A stretch of DNA of 55,098 nt from Patescibacteria group bacterium (GTDB taxonomy: Bacteria > Chloroflexota > Limnocylindria > Limnocylindrales > CSP1-4): the NCBI GenBank assembly GCA_035495215.1, contig DATJGH010000061.1:1-55098 (forward strand), in the 5' to 3' direction. Below, piece after piece: positions 41,054 through 50,919 of this stretch. The notes under the pieces are model-generated. The model was not told where the DNA came from. It made no database searches and was given only the letters and a program-made list of their open reading frames with translations. A program made the translations under genes and the position numbers. How positions within the stretch are numbered: the stretch's first letter is position 1; the number at the start of each line of letters is the position of its first letter.

Positions 41054-42283
41054 CTAGGGCAGCATGCTCTTGACGGCGCTCCGGAGACGCCCGAGCACGC
41101 CGTTCGCGGGCGCGGACTCGTAGCGCGTCGGCTCGCCATCGTCGAGCAGTGACGCGCCCCACTGCAGCAGGCCGATGCTCGTGGCGTAGGCCGGGGTCAG
41201 GATCGAGTCCGTCAGGCCGCCGACGCCGGTCGGGCCGACCACGCGCACCGGCATCTGGAGCACCTCTCGGCCGAGCTCCGCCACGCCGGCCAGCTGCGCG
41301 CCACCGCCGGTCAGGATCAGGCCCGCCGGGAGCATCCCCGCGCCGCCGGCCTGGATCTCCGAGCCGATGAGCTCGAACGTCTCGCGCATGCGCGATTCGA
41401 TGATCCGGCACAGCTCGGCGCGGCTGATCGTCCGGCCGGCCTCGTCGCCCAGGACCGAGACCGCGATCTCCTCGTCGTCCTCGATCCCGCGCAGGTCGCA
41501 GGTGCCGTGCTTGACCTTCAGCTCCTCCGCCGCGGGCAGCGAGGTCTTGATGCCGATCGCGATGTCGTTGGTCACGAAGTTGCCGCCGACCGGCAGCACG
41601 CTCGTCCGGAACGGCGAGCCCTCGTTGAACATGGCCAGGTCGATCGTGCCCGCGCCGACGTCGGCGACCGCTACCCCCAGCTCCTTCTCCGTCTCGTTGG
41701 CGACTGCCTCCGAGGACGCGAGGGCGTTGACCACGAGCTCGTCGATCTTGACGCCCGCCTGGGCCACGCACTTCATCAGGTTCTGCACCGCGGTCTGGGG
41801 CGCGGTGACGATGTGGGCCTCGACCTCGAGGCGCAGGGCACTCATGCCCAGGGGATCCTTGACGCCCTCCTGCCCGTCGACGGTGAAACCCCGGCGCTCG
41901 ACGTGCAGGACCTCCCGGTTCGACGGGATCGGGATCGTCCGGGCCTGCTCGACCGCGCGCCGGATGTCGTCCCGGCTGATCTCCTTGCTGGCCGACGACA
42001 CGGAGACCTGACCGGTCGAGTTGAAGCTCTCGACCTGCGCTCCGCCGACACCGACGAAGGCCTTGTCGATCTTCCAGCCCGACAGGCGCTCGGCTCGTTC
42101 GACCGCGTCGCGGATGGAGCGCACCGTCTGCTCGATGTTGACGACCGCGCCGCGCTTCAGGCCGGACGACGGCACCGTGCCGTGGCCGATGACGGTCAGC
42201 CGACCGTCGCGACCGATCTCGCCGATGAGCGCGCACACCTTGCTGGTGCCGACATCGAGCGCAACGAGGACTCCTTCGACCAC
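41054..42283 (-). CDS. ftsA: Cell division protein FtsA
   Basis: ORF 41054..42283. Actin-fold phosphate motifs are present: LDVGTSKVCALIGE, VADVGAGTIDLAMF and LTGGGAQLAGV. Confidence 0.95.
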   Translation of the reverse strand: MVEGVLVALDVGTSKVCALIGEIGRDGRLTVIGHGTVPSSGLKRGAVVNIEQTVRSIRDAVERAERLSGWKIDKAFVGVGGAQVESFNSTGQVSVSSASKEISRDDIRRAVEQARTIPIPSNREVLHVERRGFTVDGQEGVKDPLGMSALRLEVEAHIVTAPQTAVQNLMKCVAQAGVKIDELVVNALASSEAVANETEKELGVAVADVGAGTIDLAMFNEGSPFRTSVLPVGGNFVTNDIAIGIKTSLPAAEELKVKHGTCDLRGIEDDEEIAVSVLGDEAGRTISRAELCRIIESRMRETFELIGSEIQAGGAGMLPAGLILTGGGAQLAGVAELGREVLQMPVRVVGPTGVGGLTDSILTPAYATSIGLLQWGASLLDDGEPTRYESAPANGVLGRLRSAVKSMLP

Positions 42284-42291
42284 TCCCTACC

Positions 42292-42615
42292 TCAGATGAA
42301 GTGCCGCCGGATCAGGGCGACGTTGTTGAAGATCCGCAACCCGAACGTAATCAGGGCCACCAGGTACAGGTCCAGGCCCAGCCGGTCGCCGATGAACGTC
42401 AGGATCACCGCGACGACCGCGTTGGTCACGAACCCGGAGATGAAGATTCGATTGTCGTAGACGCCGTCGAGCTCCGCGCGCACCGCCCCCAGCACCGAAT
42501 CGAGCGCGGCGAGGATCGCCACGGCCGAGTATCGGCTGAGCTCGAAGCCGACGTTGACGTTGAGAACGAGCCCGAGCAGAACGCCCACCAGCAGGCCTGC
42601 CAGGGGGAGGAGCAA
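42292..42615 (-). CDS. sbp: Small basic protein Sbp (DUF1290)
   Basis: ORF 42292..42615 with a TTG start, 107 aa. It is a membrane protein and lies between ftsQ and ftsA, as in Firmicutes-type dcw clusters. Confidence 0.8.
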   Translation of the reverse strand: MLLPLAGLLVGVLLGLVLNVNVGFELSRYSAVAILAALDSVLGAVRAELDGVYDNRIFISGFVTNAVVAVILTFIGDRLGLDLYLVALITFGLRIFNNVALIRRHFI

Positions 42616-42654
42616 CGGGTTCGTCCTCGCTGCGGTACGTTCCGGCGAAGGCTA

Positions 42655-43668
42655 TCACCGCGTACTCGGCCTCGGCGTCTCGCGCGAGATGTACGTGCCG
42701 TCCGTGTCCGAGGCCAGGATGACCCGGCGGACGCTGTCCTCGCGACCGGCGAGCAGGCTGCGCAGCAGGCGCACCTGGCCCGGGACCATGTCCGTGCTGC
42801 GCGTCGACGGACTGTAGAAGCCGAACACGGCGAGCCAGCCGCCGGCCGCGACGAGCTCGAAGCCATCGTCGTCGGTGACGACGACGCGCAGCCGCGGCGC
42901 GGCGCTGCCGACGTCGGCGGGCGTGAGGCTGCCGAGACGGGTCGCCACGTCGAGGTCGACCGAGTCGAGATGGGCGCCGATCCACAGCGCCGCGTCGGCG
43001 TCCTGGCGGCGGTCGTCGACGACGGCTACGCCGGCAGGGAGGTCCACCCCCGCGTCGACGATCGCGAAGATCGCGCCCGAGGCGTCGGCGATGAAGCGCC
43101 GCGTACCGACCTGCCACGCCAGGACCGGCACCCGCTCGTCGATGCGCACGATCAGCGCCGCGTCCGGGAGCGTGACGGACACGCCGGCGTCGGCGACGCC
43201 CGGAAGGGTCCGGATGGCGGCTTCGAGCGGGGCCGTGTCGAGCCGGAAGATGTTGCTGCCCGCCGGCACGTCGAGCTTCGCGGCGACGGCTGCCTCGTCC
43301 GTCCAGGTGAGGTTCGGGAGCTCGGTCCGGGTCAGGCCGAAGGCGGTCGGGCCGGTCACGAGCGTGTACAGGAAGCCCGAGGCGAGCATGCCCAGCAGCC
43401 CGGCGGCGCGGGCGGGCGCGAAGATCCGGATGCGGCCGCGACGCGCCGGCCGGGCCACGGCTCCGCCGGTCCGCCTGGCGGCGGACGGGACCGGCAGCTG
43501 CCGCCCCGAGCCCACGGTCCGCCGGCCGTCGTCCTTCGCCGGGTCGACGAGGCCGCGCATCGCCCGACCCAGCACCGCGTCCGGAGACCGCTCCGGAACC
43601 GGGACGCGGGGCCGCTTCATCGGCCGGGCGCCATTCGCGCGCTGCCGCCGCGACCCGAAGCCCCTCAT
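42655..43668 (-). CDS. ftsQ: Cell division protein FtsQ/DivIB
   Basis: ORF 42655..43668. It has a basic cytoplasmic tail, one TM segment (AAGLLGMLASGFLYTLV) and a POTRA-like segment (IFRLDTAPLEAAIRTLPGVADAGVSVTLPDAALIVRIDER). Confidence 0.85.
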   Translation of the reverse strand: MRGFGSRRQRANGARPMKRPRVPVPERSPDAVLGRAMRGLVDPAKDDGRRTVGSGRQLPVPSAARRTGGAVARPARRGRIRIFAPARAAGLLGMLASGFLYTLVTGPTAFGLTRTELPNLTWTDEAAVAAKLDVPAGSNIFRLDTAPLEAAIRTLPGVADAGVSVTLPDAALIVRIDERVPVLAWQVGTRRFIADASGAIFAIVDAGVDLPAGVAVVDDRRQDADAALWIGAHLDSVDLDVATRLGSLTPADVGSAAPRLRVVVTDDDGFELVAAGGWLAVFGFYSPSTRSTDMVPGQVRLLRSLLAGREDSVRRVILASDTDGTYISRETPRPSTR

Positions 43669-43675
43669 CGCCGGC

Positions 43676-44815
43676 TCATCGCGGCAGGTCCCCGGGCCGG
43701 AGCCGGTGCTGCACCCGACCCGCGTGCCGCTCGATCGCGAGCTCCAGGATGCGCAGGCAGACCGCGGTGAAGTCGAGCCCGGCCTCGGCCGGCATCGTCG
43801 GGAACAGGCTGATCGGCGTGAACCCCGGGATGGTGTTGATCTCCGAGACGTAGACCGCGTCGTCCCGGACGAGGAAGTCCACGCGCGCGAAGCCCTCGGC
43901 GCCGATCGCCCGGTACGCGTCCCGGGCGAGCTTCTTCATCAGCTCCCGCTGGCCGTCGGGGATCTCCGCGCGCGTCGCCGTCTCGGACAACCCCGGTGTG
44001 TACTTGGCCGCGTAGTCGTAGAACTCGTGGCCGGCCACGATCTCACCCGGCCCGTACACGCCGAGCGGCGCCTCGGAGCCGATCACCGAGACCTCGAGGT
44101 CGCGCGCGTGGGCGAGGTACCGCTCGACGATGGCCAGGTCGTCGTAGCGGAACGCCAGGTCGAGCGCCGCGGCGCGCTCCGCGGCATCGTGGGCGAGCGT
44201 GATCCCGACCGACGAGCCGAGCCGCGCCGGCTTGACCATCAGCCGGGCGTCTGGCGGGTTCGCGCCGGCAGCGAACGCCTCGAGCTGGCCGAGCACCAGC
44301 GCACGATTCGCGTTCCAGGTCGCGGCGCGGACCTCCACCGAGTCGATCACCGGCAGCCCGAGGCCGCGCCAGATGCGCTTCTGGGCGACCTTGTCCATGC
44401 CCAGCGCCGAGGCCAGCACGCCCGCGCCGGTGTACGCGAGTCCCGCCGCCTCGAGCAGCGCCTGGACCGTGCCGTCCTCCCCGAATGGCCCGTGCAGGCC
44501 GATGAACACCACCGGCGCGGGGTCGCCGGCCGCGAGCCGATCGAGGGCCGCCCCGACCGCCATCGGTCCGTCCGCGCCGAGCGTTCGCGGATCGTCGTAG
44601 TCGCGCGCCAGCCGCCCTTCGCGGCGATGGCCCGCCGGCAGCCACCACCAGCGCCCCTCGAGGTCGATGAGGACGGCACGGACGTCCAGGCCGGCGTCGC
44701 GCAGGGCATCGGCGATCGCGGTGCCGGACACGATCGAGACGTCATGCTCGGCGGAGGGCCCACCGAGGAGCACCACCACGGGCGGCCACGTGCCGGTGGC
44801 CGGCGCCTGGGTCAC
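43676..44815 (-). CDS. ddl: D-alanine--D-alanine ligase
   Basis: ORF 43676..44815. The motifs VVVLLGGPSAEHDVS, HGPFGEDGTVQALLE and SEINTIPGFT are present. Confidence 0.95.
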   Translation of the reverse strand: MTQAPATGTWPPVVVLLGGPSAEHDVSIVSGTAIADALRDAGLDVRAVLIDLEGRWWWLPAGHRREGRLARDYDDPRTLGADGPMAVGAALDRLAAGDPAPVVFIGLHGPFGEDGTVQALLEAAGLAYTGAGVLASALGMDKVAQKRIWRGLGLPVIDSVEVRAATWNANRALVLGQLEAFAAGANPPDARLMVKPARLGSSVGITLAHDAAERAAALDLAFRYDDLAIVERYLAHARDLEVSVIGSEAPLGVYGPGEIVAGHEFYDYAAKYTPGLSETATRAEIPDGQRELMKKLARDAYRAIGAEGFARVDFLVRDDAVYVSEINTIPGFTPISLFPTMPAEAGLDFTAVCLRILELAIERHAGRVQHRLRPGDLPR

Positions 44816-44840
44816 GACCGATCCGCCCCGACTCGCCGGC

Positions 44841-45848
44841 TCACGCCCGATCCTCCGCGGCCGGCCAGGGCCAACCGGCCCAGTCGCCGACGAACACGAT
44901 CTCCGGGACGAGGTCCACGCCGGACGATTCGAGCACCGCGGCGCGGACGCGGTCCATCAGCCGCCGGACGTCCGACGCCGTGCCCTTGCGGTCGTTGACG
45001 ACGAAGTTGGCGTGCTTCTCGGAGACGGTCGCCCCGCCCTCCTGGAGGCCCTTGAGCCCGGCCTTGTCGATGAGCGCGCCCGCCGAGACGTCCGGGCTCG
45101 GGTTGCGGAAGGAGCTGCCGGCCGAGGGCAGCCCGAGGGGCTGGTGCGCCTGGCGCCAGTGGCGGATGTCATCGAGGCGGGCCTTGATCTCGTCGGCCGA
45201 GGCCGGCTCGAGCCGGAACCGGGCGCCGAGCACCACCTCCCCGGCATCGCCGGCCGGCGGATGCTTGAACCGGCTCTCGCGATAGCCGAGGCCCAGCTCG
45301 TCCACCGGCAGCCGGACCTCCGAGCCGTCGCCGAGGAGCACGTCCGCGGACTCCAGCACGGAGCGGACGTCCGAGCCGTGGGCGCCGGCGTTGGCCCACA
45401 CGGCCCCACCCGCGCTGCCCGGGATCGCCAGGCCGAACTCGAGACCCGTCAGGCCGGCGCGCTGCGTCTCCGTGGCGGCGCGCGCCATGGGCACGCCTGC
45501 CTCCGCGACGTAGGCAGTGCCGTCGACGCGGCTGCCCTCGGCCCGGACATGGACCACCAGGCCGCGGACGCCGCGATCGGAGATCAGCGTGTTGCTCCCC
45601 CGTCCGAGCACCGTCAGCGGCAGGCCGCGCGACCGGGCGAAGCGGACGAGCGCCCGGAGCTCGAACGTGTTGTGGGCCGTCGCGAGCAGGTCCGCCGGTC
45701 CACCGAGCCGCATCGTGGTGAGCTTCGCGAGGGGCGCGTTGCGTTCCGCCTTGACGCCGACGCGCCGGGCGATGTCGCCGGACAGCGCCACGAGATCGAG
45801 CGGCTCGGCGGGCGGGCGCAACGGTCCCGTCGTCGCTCCCGGGCTCAC
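44841..45848 (-). CDS. murB: UDP-N-acetylenolpyruvoylglucosamine reductase
   Basis: ORF 44841..45848. The FAD-binding motifs TTMRLGGPA and LGRGSNTL are present, with a C-terminal MurB domain (SAGSSFRNP). Confidence 0.93.
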   Translation of the reverse strand: MSPGATTGPLRPPAEPLDLVALSGDIARRVGVKAERNAPLAKLTTMRLGGPADLLATAHNTFELRALVRFARSRGLPLTVLGRGSNTLISDRGVRGLVVHVRAEGSRVDGTAYVAEAGVPMARAATETQRAGLTGLEFGLAIPGSAGGAVWANAGAHGSDVRSVLESADVLLGDGSEVRLPVDELGLGYRESRFKHPPAGDAGEVVLGARFRLEPASADEIKARLDDIRHWRQAHQPLGLPSAGSSFRNPSPDVSAGALIDKAGLKGLQEGGATVSEKHANFVVNDRKGTASDVRRLMDRVRAAVLESSGVDLVPEIVFVGDWAGWPWPAAEDRA

Positions 45849-46996
45849 CGCGCGCCTCCCGCGGCGAGCGCCGCCACGGCAGCGGCCGGCGGCAGCGGCC
45901 GACGCTCGGCCAGGGCCATGGTGAGCTCCGCGACGGCATCCGCCGCATGGGGCTTCGCCAGCCGACGAGCCGCCGCGGCCATGTTCGCGTGCCGCGCCGG
46001 GTCGTCGAGGATCGCGACCGCGTCGAGGAGGGCCGCGCTGTCGAACGCGTCGTCCTCGACGTACACGGCAGCGCCCCCGTCGACGAGCTCCGCGGCATTG
46101 GCCTTCTGGTGCGCACCTGCGTAGGGGTACGGCACGACCACGATCGGCAGGCCGAACGCCGCGCTTTCGGCGAGGGTCGAGGAGCCCGCCCGGCCGACCA
46201 CGAGATCCGCGGCGGCGAGGGCGTCGAGCAGGCCCTCGCCCAGGAAGGCCGCGGGCTGGTAGCGCGCCCGCAGCGGCTCGGGCAGCTCCCGGCGAGCTGC
46301 TTCCGCCGCGGCGAGGCCATCCTCACCGGTGAGGTGGATCACGTGGAGCTTCTCGACCAGCTGCCCCACCGCGCCGGTCACCGCCCCATTGAGCCGGCGC
46401 GCCGCCTGGGAGCCGCCGAACACGACGACGACGCGAGCGTACGACGGCAGGCCGAGACGGTCGCGCGCGGCAAGCCGGTCGATGGCGGTCACGTCACGGA
46501 TCGGGGTGCCGGTCGCGAAGCACTGCCGCTTCGCCTTGAGCGCGGCACAGGTCGCACCGAACGAGACGGCAATCGCCGAGGCGAGCGGGGCGGTCGCACG
46601 GACGCTGCGACCCGGGATGACGTTGCCCTCCCACAGCAGCGCCGGGATGCCGAGGAGACGGGCGGCGATGAGCACCGGGATCGCCACGTAGCCGCCGGTC
46701 GTGAACACCGCGGCCGGGCGACGGCGGAGCAGCCACCACAGGGCCTGGGGCACCGAGGCCGCGAGCCGGATCGGGTCCAGGACCAGGTGGACGTTGGCTT
46801 CAACCGACCGGAGCGAGCGCAACGGCAACCGGCGCAGCCGGAAGCCCGCCGGCGGGACGAGCTGCGACTCGAGCCCGCGGTGGCCGCCGACCCAGTCGAG
46901 CTCAGGCGCGTCGGGACGGCGACGGATCGACGTCGCGACGGCGAGGGCCGGGTAGATGTGTCCCCCGGTTCCCCCGGCCGCGATCAGCAGCCGCAT
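45845..46996 (-). CDS. murG: UDP-N-acetylglucosamine--N-acetylmuramyl-(pentapeptide) pyrophosphoryl-undecaprenol GlcNAc transferase
   Basis: ORF 45845..46996. The N-terminus is MRLLIAAGGTGGHIYPALA, and GGAGG lies 5 nt upstream. Confidence 0.95.
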   Translation of the reverse strand: MRLLIAAGGTGGHIYPALAVATSIRRRPDAPELDWVGGHRGLESQLVPPAGFRLRRLPLRSLRSVEANVHLVLDPIRLAASVPQALWWLLRRRPAAVFTTGGYVAIPVLIAARLLGIPALLWEGNVIPGRSVRATAPLASAIAVSFGATCAALKAKRQCFATGTPIRDVTAIDRLAARDRLGLPSYARVVVVFGGSQAARRLNGAVTGAVGQLVEKLHVIHLTGEDGLAAAEAARRELPEPLRARYQPAAFLGEGLLDALAAADLVVGRAGSSTLAESAAFGLPIVVVPYPYAGAHQKANAAELVDGGAAVYVEDDAFDSAALLDAVAILDDPARHANMAAAARRLAKPHAADAVAELTMALAERRPLPPAAAVAALAAGGAR

Positions 46997-48380
46997 CTGA
47001 CCTCCGGGCTCCGGTTGCGGAACGTGCCTCGTCGCGAGCGGCCCGCCCTTGCTCGCCCTTGCCTGCCACCGCGGCAGCAGGTCGGCGGTCGAGCGTCTCG
47101 CGCGAGATGGACAGCAGGATGCCCGCGGCCGCGAAGCTCACCAGGAGCGACGATCCGCCGGCACTGATGAACGGGAGCGTGATCCCCGTGACGGGCAGCA
47201 GGGCGACCACGACCGCGATGTTGATGAACGCCTGGAAGCACAGCCAGGCGGTGATGCCGGCGGCGAGCAGCGCGCCGAACGTGTCCGGGGCCCGCAGCGC
47301 GGTCCGGAACCCGGCATACGCCAGGAGCACGAACAGGGCGATCACCAGGGCCGCCCCGACGAACCCGAACTCCTCGCCGATGATCGCGAAGATGAAGTCG
47401 TTCCAGGCATTGGGCAGGTACAGGCCACCGGCCAGCTTCGACTCGCCCAGGCCCTGCCCGAAGATCCCGCCCAGACCGAGCGCGAGCAGTCCCTGGATGG
47501 TGTGGAAGCCCGTCCCCAGCGGGTCCCGCCAGGGGTCCAGGAAGGTCCGGATCCGCTCGACCTGGTAGTCGCGCAGGCCGACGAGCAGGACCCCGACGAA
47601 GCCGATCGCCCCCATCGCGCCCAGCTGGACGAGGCTCGCGCCGGCGACGAAGAACATGGTGAACGCGGCAACCGCAATGACCACGGTGGTCCCGAGGTCC
47701 GGCTCCTTGAACACGAGCGCGATGACCGGGAGCGCGATCAGCAGGAACGGCACCGTGCCCGACCAGAAGCCGCCGATCCGCCGGCCCTTGTTGGCCATCC
47801 AGTGGGCGAGGTAGACGACCAGCGCCAGCTTCGCGATCTCGGCCGGGTGAACGGCCGGCAGCGGCCCGATGACGAGCCACCTGGCCGAGCCGCCGACGAC
47901 GCGATTGAGCGACGGGACGAACACGAGGGCGAGCAGCACGAGGGCGAAGACGTAGCCGGGCACGGAGGCAATGCGCAGCCAGCGGTAGTCGATGCGCATC
48001 ACCAGGAGCATCGCGAGGAGACCGAGGGCGCCCCAGAAGATCTGCGGCCCGACGATGGCGAGCGTGTCGTCGCTGGCGATGTAGGCGTGCATCGCCGACG
48101 ACGAGTAGACCATCAGGATGCCGATCGCGGCGAGGGCGACGACCGCCAGCAGGATCGAGTAGTCGGGCTGGTGGCGCTCGCGACGCAGGACGTCCGAGCC
48201 GGCCCGCGCAGCCGGCCGTGCCGTCGCGGCGGCGGCCGCCCGCCGTTCGGGCCGAGCCTCGGTGGCCGGCCCGGCCCCGAGGCCATGATCCCAGCGCCGC
48301 ATCGCACCTGCGCGGGTGCGCCCGGCGCGACCCGCGGCAGCCGGACGCGGGCCGAACGGCAACCGCCCGACGAAGTCCAT
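46902..48380 (-). CDS. ftsW: Peptidoglycan glycosyltransferase FtsW (SEDS family)
   Basis: ORF 46902..48380. It has about 10 TM segments and the SEDS motifs PAEIAKLALVVYLA and LPFISAGGSSL. The ATG shares 1 nt with the murD stop. Its 3' tail overlaps murG by 95 nt. Confidence 0.88.
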   Translation of the reverse strand: MDFVGRLPFGPRPAAAGRAGRTRAGAMRRWDHGLGAGPATEARPERRAAAAATARPAARAGSDVLRRERHQPDYSILLAVVALAAIGILMVYSSSAMHAYIASDDTLAIVGPQIFWGALGLLAMLLVMRIDYRWLRIASVPGYVFALVLLALVFVPSLNRVVGGSARWLVIGPLPAVHPAEIAKLALVVYLAHWMANKGRRIGGFWSGTVPFLLIALPVIALVFKEPDLGTTVVIAVAAFTMFFVAGASLVQLGAMGAIGFVGVLLVGLRDYQVERIRTFLDPWRDPLGTGFHTIQGLLALGLGGIFGQGLGESKLAGGLYLPNAWNDFIFAIIGEEFGFVGAALVIALFVLLAYAGFRTALRAPDTFGALLAAGITAWLCFQAFINIAVVVALLPVTGITLPFISAGGSSLLVSFAAAGILLSISRETLDRRPAAAVAGKGEQGRAARDEARSATGARRSDAAADRGRGNRGTHLPGPRRRDVDPSPSRRA

Positions 48381-49921
48381 CAGCGCGCTTCCCCGGCCAG
48401 CCGCGCCACCGCGGCCTTGAAGGCGCGGCCGCGGGCCTCGTAGTCGGCGAACATGTCGAAGCTGGCGGCTGCCGGGCTGAGCAGGACGGTGGCCGTTCCC
48501 CCGTCCGCGCGGCCGGCGGCGGACCGCGCGAGCGCATCCGCGGCCTCGACGGCATCCTCGAGCGTGGCTGCCCGCTCCGTCGTCGCGAGGCCGGCGCCGC
48601 GGAACAGCCGCTCCAGGGCAGGCCCACTCTCGCCGATCAGGACCGCCGCGGCGGCGCGCTGTGCGACGACGGTCGCGAGCTCGGCCAGGTCGACGCCCTT
48701 GTCACGGCCGCCGGCGATCAGCACGATCGGCGGCTCGAAGGCGCGAAGCGCCGCGATCACGGCGTCGGGCTGCGTGCCCTGCGAGTCGTTGATGAAGCGA
48801 ACCCCGTCGAGCTCGGCGACCCGCTCGAGGCGGTGCTCGACGCCGCTGAACGCGGCCGCGGCGCGGCGGATCGCAGCCGGTGCGATCCCGAAGAGCAGCG
48901 CCACGGCCGTCGCCGCGAGCGCGTTCGAGACGTTGTGGGCACCGGGAATGCCAAGCTCGTCGATCGGCATGATCCGGCCGCCTGCCCCCCCGGCCGCGGT
49001 CGCGCCCTGCCCGGCGAGCGGCCGGATGGCATCGGCGACGATCCAGCCGTGGGCGACGCCGAGTCCGCCAGGCGGCAGCTCGCCGCGCCTGTAGCGCACG
49101 ACGCGCGCTTCCGTGGCTGTGCCATAGCCCGCCACGACCGGGTCGTCGGCATTGAGCACGAGCGCGCCCGCCGGGTCCACGAGCTCGGCGAGGCGGCGCT
49201 TGACGGCGCGATAGGCCTCGAGCGTGCCGTGCCGGTCGAGGTGGTCGGCGGTCACGTTCGTGTACGCGGCCACGGTCGTGCCCCGCGAGAGCGTCGGCAG
49301 CTGCAGCTCCGACAGCTCCAGCACGACCCGGTGGCGCGGGGTCAGCTCGGGCAGCCGCTCGACGAGCGGCACGCCGATGTTCCCGCCCAGGACCGCCGGG
49401 TGCGCGGCATCGGTCGCGAGCAGGGCGTGGGCCAGCGCCGACGTCGTCGTCTTGCCCTTCGTGCCCGTGATCCCGATCGTGGGCGCCGGGCACAGGCGCA
49501 GGAACAGGTCCACCTCGGACACGACGGCGGGCGCAGCAGCGTCGCCGGCCGCGCGGCGGGCGACGAGCTCGACGAGGGCACCCCGGAGTCGAGGCTCGGT
49601 CGTCGGAAAGGCCGGGTTGATCGACGGCGACGTGGCCACCAGGGCCGCCCCGGCCAGGGCTTCGCCCGGATCGACGTCCGGACCGAGCAGCAACCGGGCC
49701 TGCCGGCCCTGGAGCGACGCGATCGCCCGCTCCAGGTCCGCGGCGGGCCGGGCGTCGTACACCGTGACCGCGGCCCCGGTGTCGGCCAGGAACCGGGCCA
49801 GGGCGATGCCCGAACGGGCAAAGCCGAGGACGCTCACCGGCCGGCCACGGAAGAGGCCCGCGTCGAGCGCGCCGGGGGTCAGGGTCGCCGGGTCGATGAT
49901 CGAGACGCGGTCAGCGGTCAT
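48380..49921 (-). CDS. murD: UDP-N-acetylmuramoylalanine--D-glutamate ligase
   Basis: These are the last 513 codons of ORF 48380..51247, from ATG 49921. The motifs GITGTKGKTTT and NDSQGT are present. Confidence 0.94.
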   Translation of the reverse strand: MTADRVSIIDPATLTPGALDAGLFRGRPVSVLGFARSGIALARFLADTGAAVTVYDARPAADLERAIASLQGRQARLLLGPDVDPGEALAGAALVATSPSINPAFPTTEPRLRGALVELVARRAAGDAAAPAVVSEVDLFLRLCPAPTIGITGTKGKTTTSALAHALLATDAAHPAVLGGNIGVPLVERLPELTPRHRVVLELSELQLPTLSRGTTVAAYTNVTADHLDRHGTLEAYRAVKRRLAELVDPAGALVLNADDPVVAGYGTATEARVVRYRRGELPPGGLGVAHGWIVADAIRPLAGQGATAAGGAGGRIMPIDELGIPGAHNVSNALAATAVALLFGIAPAAIRRAAAAFSGVEHRLERVAELDGVRFINDSQGTQPDAVIAALRAFEPPIVLIAGGRDKGVDLAELATVVAQRAAAAVLIGESGPALERLFRGAGLATTERAATLEDAVEAADALARSAAGRADGGTATVLLSPAAASFDMFADYEARGRAFKAAVARLAGEAR

Positions 49922-49926
49922 CACGA

Positions 49927-50919
49927 TCAGCTCAGCCGGTTGATCGACGCGAGGAACAGGGTCACGCCGATCAACCCGGCGATGATCCCGATGATCCAGA
50001 AGCGAAGCGTGATCTTCTCCTCGTCCCAGCCGAGGAGCTCGTAGTGGTAGTGCAGCGGGCTCATCCGGAAGATCCGCTTGCCGCCGGTCAGCTTGAAGTA
50101 CGAGACCTGCGCGATGACCGACAGCGTCTCGATCACGAACACCAGGCCGACGAGCGGCAGGATCAGGATCTGGCCGGTGATCAGGGCCGTGACCGCGAGG
50201 GTCGCGCCCAGCGCCAGCGAGCCCGAGTCGCCCATGAAGATCTGCGCCGGGTGCACGTTGAACCACAGGAAGCCGAGCAGCGCGCCGACGATCAGGGCGC
50301 ACAGCAGGGCCAGGTTCGGCTGGGTCGGAACGTTCAGGAGCGAGACGAACACGAACGCCACGAAGGCGAAGACCAGCGTGCCGCCGGCGAGCCCATCGAG
50401 CCCGTCGGTGATGTTGACGCCATTGGCCGCCGCGATGATGGCGAACGCGCCGAACACGATGAACACCGAGGGATGGATCATCACCGTTCCGACGAACGGC
50501 ACCGCGATCGAGTCGATCGCGTAGGTCGTCTGGATCTGGTACGCCGCGAACGCGGCGACGACGACCAGCCAGAGCATCTTCTGTCGGGCGGTGATGCCTT
50601 CGCCGGTCCTGGCGTTCAGCCAGTCGTCGAATGCCCCCAGGATGCCGACGAGCAGGAGCGTGGCCAGCGGGGCGATGATGCCGCCCGGGGGCAGGCCACC
50701 GGCGAGCAGGAAGAACAGGCCGAGCACCGTCGCGATGATCAGCAGGCCGCCCATCGTCGGCGTGCCGCGCTTGACCTGGTGCGTCTCGGGTCCCTCTTCG
50801 AGGATCTGCTTGCCCATCCCGAAGAAGCGCAGGGCGCGGATGTACGCCGGCATGGTGATGACGACCACGGCGAACGCCAGCAGGACGCCCTGGATGATCG
50901 AGATCGTGCCCGGGTTCAT
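49927..50919 (-). CDS. mraY: Phospho-N-acetylmuramoyl-pentapeptide transferase
   Basis: ORF 49927..50919. It is polytopic, with the motifs KRGTPTMGGLL, NGVNITDGLDGLA and FMGDSGSLALG. Confidence 0.95.
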   Translation of the reverse strand: MNPGTISIIQGVLLAFAVVVITMPAYIRALRFFGMGKQILEEGPETHQVKRGTPTMGGLLIIATVLGLFFLLAGGLPPGGIIAPLATLLLVGILGAFDDWLNARTGEGITARQKMLWLVVVAAFAAYQIQTTYAIDSIAVPFVGTVMIHPSVFIVFGAFAIIAAANGVNITDGLDGLAGGTLVFAFVAFVFVSLLNVPTQPNLALLCALIVGALLGFLWFNVHPAQIFMGDSGSLALGATLAVTALITGQILILPLVGLVFVIETLSVIAQVSYFKLTGGKRIFRMSPLHYHYELLGWDEEKITLRFWIIGIIAGLIGVTLFLASINRLS

